A stretch of DNA of 61,326 nt, filler included, from Squatina squatina (GCA_031763465.1; 4 parts of 4 records of this genome joined end to end with filler, not necessarily neighbours in it); one strand, 5' to 3'. Counted from the first letter of the whole stretch, positions 36,430-48,460 are shown. Notes: generated from the letters alone by a model not told the origin. Program-made: numbers and translations.

Positions 36430-37491
36430 NNNNNNNNNNNNNNNNNNNNNNNNNNNNNNNNNNNNNNNNNNNNNNNNNNNNNNNNNNNNNNNNNNNNNNN
36501 NNNNNNNNNNNNNNNNNNNNNNNNNNNNNCATATATACCTCACAGTAGGCATTCCCTTTATTTAACCAATCAGTCATTTTTTCAAAATTATCTTTTAAAT
36601 TTGTTGCAGTCAACTTGCTTGTAACTCATGCATTTCTCAATGGCCACTAATTTTGCCTTGAATTATAGATTTTAAGAGTTGCCCACAACTCATGTTAGCT
36701 GAAGTTCTCAAATTTACACTCCGTTCCATTCTTGTACATAGGTTTTACATTAGCAATTCTGCATTCCTATTAAGCAATTGTTCATATTTAAGGAAGATTC
36801 AAAAATTATAACTGCAGCCTCTGCTATCTCCTATGACTGATGGAACCAATTCCTTTTCTATAGTTATCTTTAATAACTATTCAATATCCTCCTCTAATAC
36901 ATTCTTGCTTCCACCATTATTTGTAAAAACTGATGCAAAATATTTATTTAGTATCTCTGACATGCTTTCACCCTGCACAATTAGACTCTCTTTGTGAGTT
37001 GGATATTTTCCCTCACCCTTCAGCACCCAATTATTATTGCTCTGCGAGTTGCTGAAAATGCAAATTGTTAACAGGGCATCTTGTACCTTCTGAATGTCAG
37101 GTCCAATGGCCTGTCTCCTTAATCAATGAAACAAAATAATAGAGGAAGCAAGGAAATTCCCTTTCAGGGCCTCCGAGGTTTAGTCCTGTCGCAACCAAAA
37201 ATGATGTCATTAACAGCGTCCTTTATAACATGAATTACCAGCCATAAATGTCTGTGGCGAGATTCATTTGTATTTGTGGCGCAAATCCAGCAATTTCTTG
37301 TCACTCACAGGGAGGTTCACGGTGTGTTCTCGATTTTTGTGAGGCTAATGGCAACTCATGATGTTTCTCTTTATCACCATAAATTGCTAGGTTTTTTATG
37401 CACTAATAATGGCTATTACTCACTGCTATTTCTTGGCCAATATAAATTTCCGGGCCAATATAAATTTCCATTCATATTATTTGCTGTATGT

Positions 37492-37690
37492 CATACTTGG
37501 CTCAGTCTTGTCTCTGAGTCAAAAAGGTTGTGGATTCAGACCCCACTCCAAGGACTTGAGCATAAATTAGACTGATATTGAGTGCTTTCTTGAGGGAGTG
37601 CTACACTGTTGGAGGTCCGGTCTTTTGGATAAGATGTTAAACTAAGGCCCTTTCTACCCTCTTAGGTGGACATAAAAGATTCTCATAGTA
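37492..37690 (+). mobile_element. DeuSINE 5' half
   Basis: tggctcagtc..tctctgagtcaaaaaggttgtggattcagaccccactcca...ggataagatgttaaactaaggccc...aggtggacataaaagat. Confidence 0.7.
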
Positions 37691-37751
37691 ATTTTTTGTC
37701 ACAGAGGCACAGGGTCTATGGTGCTGTCTGTCCTTTGGGGTGGATGTAAAA

Positions 37752-38310
37752 GGATTTTAAAATGGGCATCCTAACCCACATCCAACCTTCCCATTTCTAG
37801 TTTTAATGGAGGCGGGTTGGTAGGCAGGCGACCAGCAGGCTCTCTGGAGGTGGGTAGGTCACTAAAATATTTTAATGAGGCTGTGTGCCTCCAGTTTAAC
37901 TTAACTTTTAGTTTTTACACCTGCAGACCTAGTTTCCCAGGCTTTGGGAAACCTGGCAGCTGAAGGGAAGCGTGAAGGGCCGGACTCAGTAGGTAAGTGG
38001 CTTTACAGCACTGCTCGTGGGCCGGGAGGAGCAGGAGTGCTTCTCCCAACTCACAAAGCTTACCTCCATGTGATTGGATCCTGGTGATCAGCTAACGATG
38101 TCCCCCACGCCCACATGTCGGACTTCCCTCTGCTCTGCTCCCTGGCTGCTTTCCCACCCAACAGCCAGACAGATTGTCAATCTTGCTGGCTATGGCCGGA
38201 AAACCTGTTGGAAAAACTTAAAACAGGTCCTGCCTTTAAATTCAGCAGGACCTGTGGGGAACCCTTACTTCTGGGTAAGGGTAATCTTTCCCCCCACCCC
38301 CAATTTACAA
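37752..38310. mobile_element. Probable non-autonomous DNA transposon
   Basis: GC-richer block with loosely inverted ends (ggattttaaaatggg / cccccaatttacaa). Confidence 0.35.
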
Positions 38311-38368
38311 TAAGTACATTGTAAAAAAGAAATTTAAAGACATAGTTAGATAATTCACAAGCACTTAC

Positions 38369-38507
38369 CATAGGATTCATGAGGAAATCTGTCCAGCCCC
38401 ATGTTTCCCTCTTCAGAAAGTATGGAGGAGGACCAGAAGATTTGATTTGTATGGGATATGGCAACCTAATGACTTCAGAAGCCTTTAAATAATTCACGTG
38501 CCTTGCT
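38369..38507 (-). CDS. EMC7: ER membrane protein complex subunit 7, internal exon
   Basis: Splice sites ttcttacaag|A and ATG|GTAAGT. The 139-nt exon reads [46 protein letters not shown]. Confidence 0.95.
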
Positions 38508-38907
38508 CTTGTAAGAAAACAAATAAAAACTTTATTTTTAAAAAATTGAACCATTTTCTTGCCAAAAATTACTTGCATTGCCTCCCCTTTGGTTAAAAAA
38601 AGTCAAATGTCAGAACTTTTCAGACACGACTGCAGAACACTGAGTGGAGATATTCCTGACATGGGTGGGAACTGTTTATAATCGACCAGGAGAATCGCAA
38701 CCTTTATTAAATGGCCCCAGCTTTTTGTTAGGTCTTAGTGACTGTCCCAATCTTGGATTCACATACATTAAAAAAATGTGAAGCTGAAAAATTCATTACC
38801 GTGTAACAAGATACATTTTGACATCAAGGAAGGCAAGCCTTGTAAGAAGCAATTTCAAATTAATTAAAAATAAAAATATTTCAGCATAACTATTAGTTAA
38901 TTCTTAC

Positions 38908-39027
38908 CTGATTTTACCTTTGGAAGTTATGTCAACTCGCACAGGTTCAAAGCGGTAAGCTGCCGATACTACTTCCACTACATATGAACCAGAGGGAACA
39001 TCATTTACAGTGAAAGTTCCATCTGTC
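38908..39027 (-). CDS. EMC7: EMC7 internal exon (upstream of the previous one)
   Basis: Splice sites cactttatag|G and CAG|GTAAGA. The 120-nt exon reads [39 protein letters not shown]; AG plus the A at 38507 gives Arg, so the phase fits. Confidence 0.95.
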
Positions 39028-39295
39028 CTATAAAGTGAAATATATATAGTCTGAAATACTTCAGAAAATCAATCTGTTAAATGGTACACTAGATATTTGT
39101 ATCAAGGATGTCCAGTAACAATATAAGGTACTACATACNNNNNNNNNNNNNNNNNNNNNNNNNNNNNNNNNNNNNNNNNNNNNNNNNNNNNNNNNNNNNN
39201 NNNNNNNNNNNNNNNNNNNNNNNNNNNNNNNNNNNNNNCCATAGAATAAATGTGTTACTAAAGTGAACAACAGAAGATGGTTTTAAAGTAATTAC

Positions 39296-39346
39296 CTCTT
39301 TGTAAGCACTGGTAGACAATCTGCAACAACAGCAATGTCCTGTATC
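39296..39346 (-). CDS. KATNBL1: Katanin regulatory subunit B1-like 1, internal exon
   Basis: Splice sites cctgcag|G and AG|GTAATT. The 51-nt exon reads IQDIAVVADCLPVLTK (recalled human IEDLGVVVDCLPVLTN). Confidence 0.9.
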
Positions 39347-39584
39347 CTGCAGGTGATAGAAAGATTCAACATCAAATACAAGCATTAAGGCAATTTATTG
39401 AAAAGTAATTGTGCATGGCAATAAACAAATGGAAAATTTCCACTCTCCTCAATCATGTATTGTATTAAGACATAACCATGATGTCTGCCTTTATGATTAA
39501 CTAAAGAATTTGTAATATTGGCTTACAGGAAACCAGATTTAGCACTATTCTAAAGATCAATAAAGCATGATGTATGAGTGTTAC

Positions 39585-39700
39585 CTGACCAGGTAAGCTA
39601 CCAGTTCACTTGCACTTTTTTGCCAGAATGTCAAGGCCACATTGAGTCTTAGGTTTCTACCAAATAGCACTTGTGTCATAGTAGCATGATCCTTGGAAAT
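39585..39700 (-). CDS. KATNBL1: KATNBL1 internal exon
   Basis: Splice sites ataccacag|ATT and CAG|GTAACA. The 116-nt exon reads [38 protein letters not shown](R), in phase with 39346. Confidence 0.92.
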
Positions 39701-40227
39701 CTGTGGTATGAATAGAATCCAACATCAATATTCTGAATTAGGCAGAAAAAGCAGTAACATTTATATTATTAACTACTGCTTTAATGATTTCCACAGCTCA
39801 CATTTTCTTCAATTACTGCCCTCTTTCCATTCCTTTTAAGAACAGAAATACATTTTGAAATTAGCAGACACATGCTTAAGAGCATTTCTATGATCATTAT
39901 TTTAATGGAGGCATTGAAATAAGTGGGTTAATACCTCTGTTATATTAGTGAAGAGGGACAATAAATGATGTTTTAAGCGCTTGCCACTAATACTACCAAC
40001 AGTGTAACTTTAAAATAAAAATCTTTATTGCTTTGAAGCTTTGCAACTTCCTCCTTTGACTCAGCTGTAAATTAATGACTACTGTAAAACATTAATTGAT
40101 GATACCAGCTGCCTATTTACACTGCAGNNNNNNNNNNNNNNNNNNNNNNNNNNNNNNNNNNNNNNNNNNNNNNNNNNNNNNNNNNNNNNNNNNNNNNNNN
40201 NNNNNNNNNNNNNNNNNNNNNNNNNNN

Positions 40228-40280
40228 TGGACTGGTTGGGCCGAATGGCCCGATTCTGCGTCATATATCCTATGTAACAT
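40228..40280 (+). mobile_element. CR1/SINE 3' tail
   Basis: tggactggttgggccgaatggcc..ttctg..tcatatatcctatgtaa. A similar tail lies at 50165-50225. Confidence 0.55.
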
Positions 40281-40406
40281 GATGCACTCTTGCAGAGGCA
40301 TGTTTCCCCCAATGAGCTACAGTGACTTCAGTGAATAAAAATGGCACATAATGAACACAATAATGCTAGATTTCAGAATACAGCTATATAAATATTTTCT
40401 GCTCAC

Positions 40407-40522
40407 CTTTTTCATAGTCTCATTGTAATCAGGATGCATCCTTTTACCAAGTTGCCTTTTTTCAATGAGCTCATCCTCCACAGCAAATAATACACCTTNN
40501 NNNNNNNNTGTCTAGATGCCAT
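40407..40522 (-). CDS. KATNBL1: KATNBL1 first coding exon (interrupted by a 10-N gap)
   Basis: Acceptor ttctaacctag|, then 14 nt of UTR, then ATG 40522 MASR[H/Q]...gap...GVLFAVEDELIEKRQLGKRMHPDYNETMKK|GTGAGC. Resembles the recalled MASE...IED...NMKE N-terminus and lies in the expected order. Confidence 0.7.
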
Positions 40523-42403
40523 AATCACTTGCAATCCTAGGTTAGAAACAGATGAGAATAGTTACTATTTACTCATTTTTTAAAATTAATTTTCAGACAA
40601 TGCAACAGGCATCAACCCGCTCAGCCTGCTTGTTCTGCCCAAATCAATTCTCAACACTCCCCCCTCAGCATGGTCCAGGATTCTGAGATATTTGGCTTCT
40701 TACAACCAACAAAACTTCTTTTGAGTTGGGAGTCTTCCTGGCGACTGGACTCCAAACAGTATGAACAGCAGTGGCTAGACCCATTACCATCACTCATTGG
40801 TCAGTAGCTTTCTATCCTTAAAATGTAATAAAATGAGAGGCCCTTCGACTAGACCACAACAGAATTCAACTTACATTTCTATAATGTCCTTCGCATAACA
40901 TTGTCTGAACACTACAGAAGGCAAAGAATAAAGCTGGACACCAAGCAGGAGAGAAGAGGAAGCAACACCCAAAAATGAATTTATGTCCTTTTTTTTGCAG
41001 GCAGGCAAGCAGGTGCAAGGCAAAAGAATTACTGAAAGGGCTTTTTAGGGTCAGACCACAGTGGCTGAAGGAAAAGCCACTGATGGTAGAGGAAGTAAAT
41101 GGGAAACAAAGATTAATCCAACNNNNNNNNNNNNNNNNNNNNNNNNNNNNNNNNNNNNNNNNNNNNNNNNNNNNNNNNNNNNNNNNNNNNNNNNNNNNNN
41201 NNNNNNNNNNNNNNNNNNNNNNAACCTCACAGCCTTGAAGAGGAGGATCTTGAAAGTGTACCAGTGGATAATGGCTGCATTGGGTGACCTGCCAAGAAGC
41301 TGCTATATCATGGCTGAGAGTATGGCGAAGTCCACCTTGAGCATATGTGGAGTTCTGGTGCAAGGCATGAGTTTTCCTCAGTCTACCATGGAGTGTGCAG
41401 TCTCTTCCATGGAAGCTGCAGCGAGGTCTGCAATGCAAGAGCCCATATCTTGTGTTACTGCTGTTTTGAACTCTCTGATAACATTTTACTCAATCTGCTT
41501 ACATGAACTAAATTAAAAATAGGTCTTGGCAGGTTTTCTCTTTTCTGTCCAGTCTGAGAAAAACAGATTCAGGGCATCACATTGATGTGTAATTTTGTCT
41601 TTTTCACTTGATGAGAAGCCAGGAACATGATGTTAAGCCAATGCATTCATACTCAAGAGTCTTCCTGGACTGAAGTTGGGCTACTGTTATTTCAAATTCC
41701 ATAGACTTTGTTTTCAAATAAAATAAAGGGCATTGTACATCATGCTTCAACAGGAGTTGTGTGCTTTTTCCTGTGAACTTACTTTGTCTCTCAACACTCT
41801 GGGTTGAGTCCATCCCAGGGAGAAGAATGATTTATCTGTTTTTCCATTGCAACCTGTTAATTATAGCCAACCAATTTATTCAGGATACAAAAGTGACCCC
41901 CCCCCCCCACCCACTCTGTATATNNNNNNNNNNNNNNNNNNNNNNNNNNNNNNNNNNNNNNNNNNNNNNNNNNNNNNNNNNNNNNNNNNNNNNNNNNNNN
42001 NNNNNNNNNNNNNNNNNNNNNNNAGAGTAATAAAATGGGCCCTGACCAGGGCAATGTAAGCAACTAATGAGTGGAGGAGATGATACACCTTACCCAGAAA
42101 CAGGCCAACAGCTCAACACAAACCATATTGGATACAGTTTTAACCACTTTTTATTTTAGTACTTTTTATTGACTTTCACCCATCGGACCTGGGTCCAGAT
42201 TCAGGCTAGACTGATGAGATGGAAATCTCGATTGACTGCTGGCTGTGAATGAGCTTGCACAGCCTAGCTGGCAAGGGTCTGCAACACAAAATGCGTGTGA
42301 GAAAAGGAAAACCTGTCAGTAGGAAGTGTTTTCCTGAGGCGAGGATACATTTTTGGAGCTGTATAGATGAAGCTTTACACTGTGTCGAACACCACGCGCT
42401 TAC

Positions 42404-42439
42404 CTTGACTCGGGAGTTCTTGGTGCAGGCAATGGATGC
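42404..42439 (-). other. Candidate 36-nt micro-exon
   Basis: Splice sites ctttccatttcag| and AAG|GTAAGC. Frame-preserving and open in all three frames. Gene unknown. Confidence 0.4.
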
Positions 42440-43029
42440 CTGAAATGGAAAGTGCACCATCTCCCGATAACCAACAGCTCTCTCGCTGGTGAGCATAGCA
42501 TTGACACAGAAAGTAAAACCAGAATTACTGGCTCTGCCTCGGTCTTTAGACAGGCTCCAAATGGTGATTTTGTAGTTACCAATATTCACTATCCAGGCTC
42601 ACTTATGTAAAGCAACCACTTAAGTGAGCTAATGCAGGCTTCTGGTGCCCACATTGCCATACCTGAGAGTAAGCCATTAGCCCGGAATTTGCAGTCAGAG
42701 GCATAATCCTGGAGTGTGCCTCCGGCCCGCTAAAAATATACACACTTATCTTCAGGTTTCCAGGCTGTGAAGACTGCGGGTCCTGGGCCTGCAGGCGTGG
42801 GCCTGCGTAAAGGCCCATGGATCGCAGGAACACAGGCAGTTCAGGGATCACGTGGCCCGGGTCCTCCCATGAGAAAGAAAGATTCCGAATATGCTTATGT
42901 GGATTCCATTTATGAATGGGATATAGACAACTGCAATAAAAATAAATGTTCTCATTTTCACGTTTAATTTAAAGTCCCTTCAATAAAGCAAATACAATAA
43001 AATTTAATTTAAAAAAAACTTTAAATATT

Positions 43030-43122
43030 TTGGACATTCAATCCATCTACACCTCCATTCCCCACCAGGACGGCCTGAGGGCGCTCTGCTTCTTCCTTGA
43101 ACAGAGACCCAACCTGTCCCCA
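43030..43122 (+). mobile_element. Penelope-like RT fragment
   Basis: DIQSIYTSIPHQDGLRALCFFLEQRP corresponds to the PLE RT DVxSLYTxIP motif. Confidence 0.8.
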
Positions 43123-43531
43123 NNNNNNNNNNNNNNNNNNNNNNNNNNNNNNNNNNNNNNNNNNNNNNNNNNNNNNNNNNNNNNNNNNNNNNNNNNNNNN
43201 NNNNNNNNNNNNNNNNNNNNNNCATCAGATATTTCTTGCTTTAAAAGAAGGAACTGTTTAACATTGTACTGCTGGGATACAGCAGTCACTCTTATTTAAT
43301 TTTGTTTTTCGTCTGCATGGAGAAGTAATCGGCAACCTGCATCAGATTAAATATCAGCTTGGTGCTCCAGCATGGCTGTAAGTCTTTGTCCCTTTGTATT
43401 TCAATCTTTGGGTCAGAAAGAATTTGGAGACTGGACCAACATCTGTATTCAATGAATGCAAACAGAATCACTGTTTGGAAACTGAAATAGGGAAAAATTT
43501 CTGTATTGTCCAAAAATGCAATAAACACAGC

Positions 43532-43682
43532 GGGGTAGATTTTGACTTTGGGCAATAGTGTAAAATGGGTGATAGCGAATCAGCAGACCATTTTACATCT
43601 CATTGAAGTCAATGGAAATAAAAATTGGGAGAGATATAAAATGGCCTGTTTTACATTATCGCACTAAGTCAAAATCTACCCC
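43532..43682. mobile_element. Palindromic MITE (Harbinger-type)
   Basis: Left ggggtagattttgactttgggcaatagtgtaaaat pairs with right ttttacattatcgcactaagtcaaaatctacccc. Core cattgaagtcaatg; flanks CGG/CAG are compatible with a mutated 3-bp TSD. Confidence 0.8.
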
Positions 43683-45277
43683 AGTACCTGTTGCTTTGAC
43701 ATATATGTTCTGAGTTCTCTGCATNNNNNNNNNNNNNNNNNNNNNNNNNNNNNNNNNNNNNNNNNNNNNNNNNNNNNNNNNNNNNNNNNNNNNNNNNNNN
43801 NNNNNNNNNNNNNNNNNNNNNNNNAAGGCATATCAAGTATTCAGGTGGATGGATATGATAAGAAAATAGTATATTGATACAATTAAGTTCTTGCCTTTTG
43901 CAGATTGAACTGTGTGGAGGTCTAATTATTCACAACAAATTAAAACCAAAAATGCCTTAGTGCAGACTTTTTTTATGAACCACTGCCCAGTTTTAATAAT
44001 GTAAATGGTCTCCATTTTGCAGGCTATTTTTGCTGATTTTCAACTGATCAACAAGCTCTGAACATGCATGCCCATTGGTTTATGCTGCTGTTTTCTACTT
44101 GAGCTTTTTCTGTAGCTACCTATTATGAAATGCAGTTTCAAAGCACAGGAACAAAAGCAGGGGGATAAAGAATATTGCATTGTTTCATTCTGTGCTTCAG
44201 CACAGAAATTCCCTGTCATACTTTTAGAGTTTATCATCCAGCCCCATGTTTTGCCCTCAGACAAGACAAATAAACTGAAAAAAAATCATTTCCCGATATT
44301 TAGAGGTAAAGTCAAAGATGATGCGAGTTCCACAGTACTTATGCCAATTTTTTTAAATTAATGATTTGATTTAACAATATTGTGATCTCCTTTCCCAAAT
44401 TTAACATGATAAAGCATTTGCGTGCTTCAGCCTGTGTTTGGTTACAACTTCTCTGCCTCCTTATATTCCCCAGATGTTTGGCCAATGATTTGTATAATCC
44501 TTTTCTCCTGAGGGAATTGCTTTTATGATTTCTTATGCATATTTGTCTCCAGATGGTATTTATCTTTGAACTGGTTGGTGCATGTTTCCAGATTGCACTG
44601 GTGAGGGTTGATTAAAAGTCATTGAAGTGGATTTTAGCTGTCACTTTCACAGACACTGGGGGAAAATATTTTTCTGAATGAGCAGGCAAATTAAGTAGGG
44701 CAAATAATAATTTTAAAGATATCTTTCATAGATTTACATTCTGCATTTCAAATTACTGAGGCATATTTTGCAGTCGACAGAATATGCTGCTGGCACCCGA
44801 ATAAAATATGCACTTACCTGTTGGGGACCCACCTTCGTTAGCTTGCTTTCCGATGCTGCGTATTTGAGGGGAGGTTAATGGCCCACGGATCCATGCAGTG
44901 CAACGTGTGCAGAGCATGCCTGTGACCACATGGACCTGGTGCTCCATTCATCAAACAGAATTAGATTTTAGATCATTTCAGAATCGAATCCTGTAATCAG
45001 ATTTAATTACAATTACTTTACAGGATTGGAGTTTAATTCCCAATTAGTTTCATTCCACCAACTTCACTACAACTTCATTCAGTTGGTAAAAATTTAAATT
45101 TGCTGGTAATAATTATCAACATCATTAAAACTCCAATCTTTGCAGAAACAAGAAAAACTCATTTGATACAGATACAGCAGCATGTAAGAACAGAGGAGTA
45201 GATTATACTTTGTGTATGTTTAATTAATGAAGGTGAGTTATGAATGGGGGCGGTGATCTATGGATCAATTCAAACTT

Positions 45278-45710
45278 TTCTTCTTAGGCAGTCCCTCGAG
45301 GTTGAGGATGACGTGCTTCCACTCCGGAGTTGTGGGTTCTGAGGTGTCTAAATAGCCCTATTCTGAATCCACAAACTCTGCCACAGGTAGGGCAGGTGGT
45401 GCTTAATGGGGCGAGTGGGTGGGATGCTCGGGTCTCCGCGCGTTCCTTCCGCTGCTTGCTCTTGGCCTCCACGTGCTCCCGCCGGAGAAGCTCGAAGTGG
45501 TCGGCGCCTTTGCGGATGCCTCCAGTTCGGGCGGTCTTGGGCCAGAGATTCCCATGAGTCGGTGGGGATGGTGCATTTTTTCAGGAGGGCTTTGAGGACG
45601 TCCTTGAAGCACTTCCTCTGCCGTCCTGGGAATCCCTAAGAATAGAGTACTTGTTTTGGAAGTCTTGTATCAGGCATGCAGACAATGTGGTCCGCCCAAC
45701 GCAGCTGATT
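45278..45710 (-). mobile_element. RTE-clade LINE 3' region
   Basis: Reads NQLRWADHIVCMPDTRLPKQVLYS...RKCFKDVLKA...WESLAQDR...TCPTCGRVCGFRIGLFRHLRTH (C-terminal CxxC..HxxxH). Confidence 0.88.
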
Positions 45711-45830
45711 NNNNNNNNNNNNNNNNNNNNNNNNNNNNNNNNNNNNNNNNNNNNNNNNNNNNNNNNNNNNNNNNNNNNNNNNNNNNNNNNNNNNNNNNNN
45801 NNNNNNNNNNATTCCACCAGCACAGCAGCA

Positions 45831-46193
45831 GCATCCAGAATTTAAAATGGCTGCCAGACAGGCCCCATTAAATAGTGTCATCCTGGACAAGATGGGGGTG
45901 TTCTGCACTGAAAAAAAAAAAGGTTGCGGGCAGCGCCCTCTTTCTGCGATGCTGGTGGAAGCCAATACAGAAAGTTAGGTGTCGAATCAGCGGCAAGCAG
46001 GCTGATGATGTCATAGACGCCTACCACCACCACGCCCACCATTGGTGCCTGACCTCGAACGCTGTTTTGATGCTGGCATCACCCACTGCCAAATTGTAAA
46101 CTTTATGCTGCAGCTGCCACCAGTGGGCGTTAGGGCTCTAACTCCCATTTGCCGCCCGGTTCACGCCGGTCTACAACCTCCAATTGGGCCCCC
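45831..46193. mobile_element. Harbinger-type MITE right portion
   Basis: CpG-rich segment ending caattgggccccc, whose reverse complement gggggcccaattg resembles the termini at 23293 and 57363. Confidence 0.55.
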
Positions 46194-47018
46194 TATGACT
46201 ATAAAATGATGGCGACAGCACGCATAAACCTTGAATTAAATGTTTTCCTTTCTATTTGATACAGCTCACCCACAGCCCTTCCAAAGATCACTTACTTTTG
46301 TGAGGTTGCCATCAGGTGGGAGGTCCAGGCACTTGCAGTGCCAACAGCGGATGCACTTGTACAGAGAAGAAACGTTGGGAGACTATTTTCTTCTCATTTC
46401 CTCTCCTCGCCAAACGCCAATTTCAAAGGTGCTTCGATGAGAACTGCCAAGACTCCTTTCAGCTCCAGCAGATGGATCTGAATCATTTACCTTCTGTACA
46501 GGAAGCCTATATCGTGCAGATTAGAAATGATTAAAAAACATATTTGCAGTTTTTATTATGATTGCAAACATCCTGAGAGTATTTCACGTATATACAACAG
46601 AGTCTACACATTAGAAAATGTATATTTTCCAGGCCTCCGCAAAGACCCAAGAGACCCATGGCAGTGAGGTAATTTTCCCACTCTTGACAGAATGTAAGTA
46701 CAGTCTCCTGCTGATCTCTAACTGAGACACACTATTTTTGTTAAGGAAAAATTGAACTATTTCAAGAAAAAATAACCATTAAAAAAACAGGGGTGTCATT
46801 AAGTTGCAGTAATTGGAGGAGTTTTGAGGAACGTAAAAGGGGAGATGGCATAAAGTGTCTTTGGACAGTGCTTGACCAGGAGATCCAGCCTAAAATATAA
46901 TTAAACTTGAACACTGAGNNNNNNNNNNNNNNNNNNNNNNNNNNNNNNNNNNNNNNNNNNNNNNNNNNNNNNNNNNNNNNNNNNNNNNNNNNNNNNNNNN
47001 NNNNNNNNNNNNNNNNNN

Positions 47019-47470
47019 AATTTTTTGAGACCTTCCCCAGTAGGAAATGACCTCTTATGAAGCCTAAACTGTCAGGAGCCGATGGCACGTCCCCCCTTCC
47101 CCCACTCGCCGCTCTCAATGAGTCGCCGATTAAAATCGGAAAAAAAGATAGCGTAGGGCCAAGGGAAGCTTGTGCAGTGTCAGGATTTTCTGTCACTGTT
47201 TTCTCCTGGCCAGCAGAGGTGTTAACATTAGCAAATTTTCTGTCGGGTCGCTGTGGAGGCGTTGCGTGCCGTGATGACATCACCAGCAGCTTGCGCCTCC
47301 CAAGAATCGCACCTTGCCGGGCCGTGGAGGTGTTAATTTTTAATGCCTCCAAAAAAACAGGAGCTGAATTTTGCGTGAGCCGCTAATCGGCTTGTTAATG
47401 CTTAAAGTATTTTTAGTGCCTCCATAGCGCCTTCGCCTGGGGAGATAAAAAGTACTGAATTTTGGGCCCA
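47019..47470. mobile_element. Harbinger-type non-autonomous element, right portion
   Basis: CpG-rich segment ending gaattttgggccca. Confidence 0.45.
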
Positions 47471-47579
47471 CTGTATCTTAATCTGCCACAGCTTAGAGGT
47501 GACTTGAAATAATTTTGAATTTATTGCCTTCACGAGCAGGAATAAATAAATGTGACGATGCTTGCTGGTGGTGGTAAAT

Positions 47580-47762
47580 TAAAAAAAAAAGACTTTCATT
47601 TTTATAGCGCTTTTACGACCACTAGCTATCTCAAAATGCTTTACAGCCAATGAAGTACTTTTTGGACTGTAGTCACTGTTGTAATGTGGGAAACGTGATG
47701 GCCAATTTGCACACAGCAAGCTCCCACAAACAGCAATGTGGTAATGGTTGAGGAAAAATATC
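47580..47762 (-). mobile_element. DeuSINE 3' half
   Basis: ttttatagcgcttt..gctttacagccaatgaagtactttt..tgtagtcactgttgtaatgtgggaaac..gcacacagcaagctcccacaaacagc. Confidence 0.8.
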
Positions 47763-48460
47763 ATAAAAGGGGAAAGTGTGTAAATGACCTGTGTAATGAA
47801 GTTGACCTTTTTTTATTAGTCAAGCCATTTATCAAATATGAAAATGTTTTTTCTTGGCAGGAAAACTGCATTAGTAATCATAGGGAGACTTGGACCAAGA
47901 TAGCATAAAAAGCTACCAATATTGCAAGAATTCCTCAAGGCCTCAAGACTTCTGTAACCACATCAAAAGCCACAAGGGCATGTCAAAAATGAAAACTGAA
48001 TATAATAAATAACAGCCCAAATCAGACAAAAGAAACCACAAAGTTCCAAAACAAGGATGGAAAATATTTCCACTTAACTGGCAATGGAGACAGCACCTAT
48101 TCAGAATGAAGCTAAGATACTGGTAAGTGTTGTGGATATTTTGCATTTCTAATCAATGTTTAGTTTGAAGTAATTAATGGAACAATCTCCTTAATGTATC
48201 CAGAGACAAATTGTATTCAGGTGTGCTTAATCCAACCCTGAGACAATGGTCACCTCAGATGAGAACTGTAAGAATATTCGTGCAGATGTTAAATCCTTGA
48301 GAGGTCACCAGAGACATGCTACACAGGGTTCAGATTCAAGACAGTGCTTTGTAGTGGGAGAGCCTTTACTTGTTGCTGGATCTTCCCCTGAGGCACATCA
48401 TGTGGGCCCTTCAACACTGGCATCATCATGGAGGAGGCTAGCTGTCTACTTCATCAAGAC

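Noticed and set aside
36530-36624. Apparent short alternative C-terminus of CHRM5 (YIPHSRHSLYL...)
   Set aside because: It lies beyond a 100-N gap; the real TM5-TM7 region is simply missing.
46266-46510. Minus-strand exon candidate with several GT donors
   Set aside because: The best frame ends in a stop (…MRRK*) and shows no recognisable homology.
46762-47386. Overlapping 109-196 aa ORFs on both strands
   Set aside because: They lie inside a GC-rich non-autonomous transposon and partly span a gap; no protein motifs.
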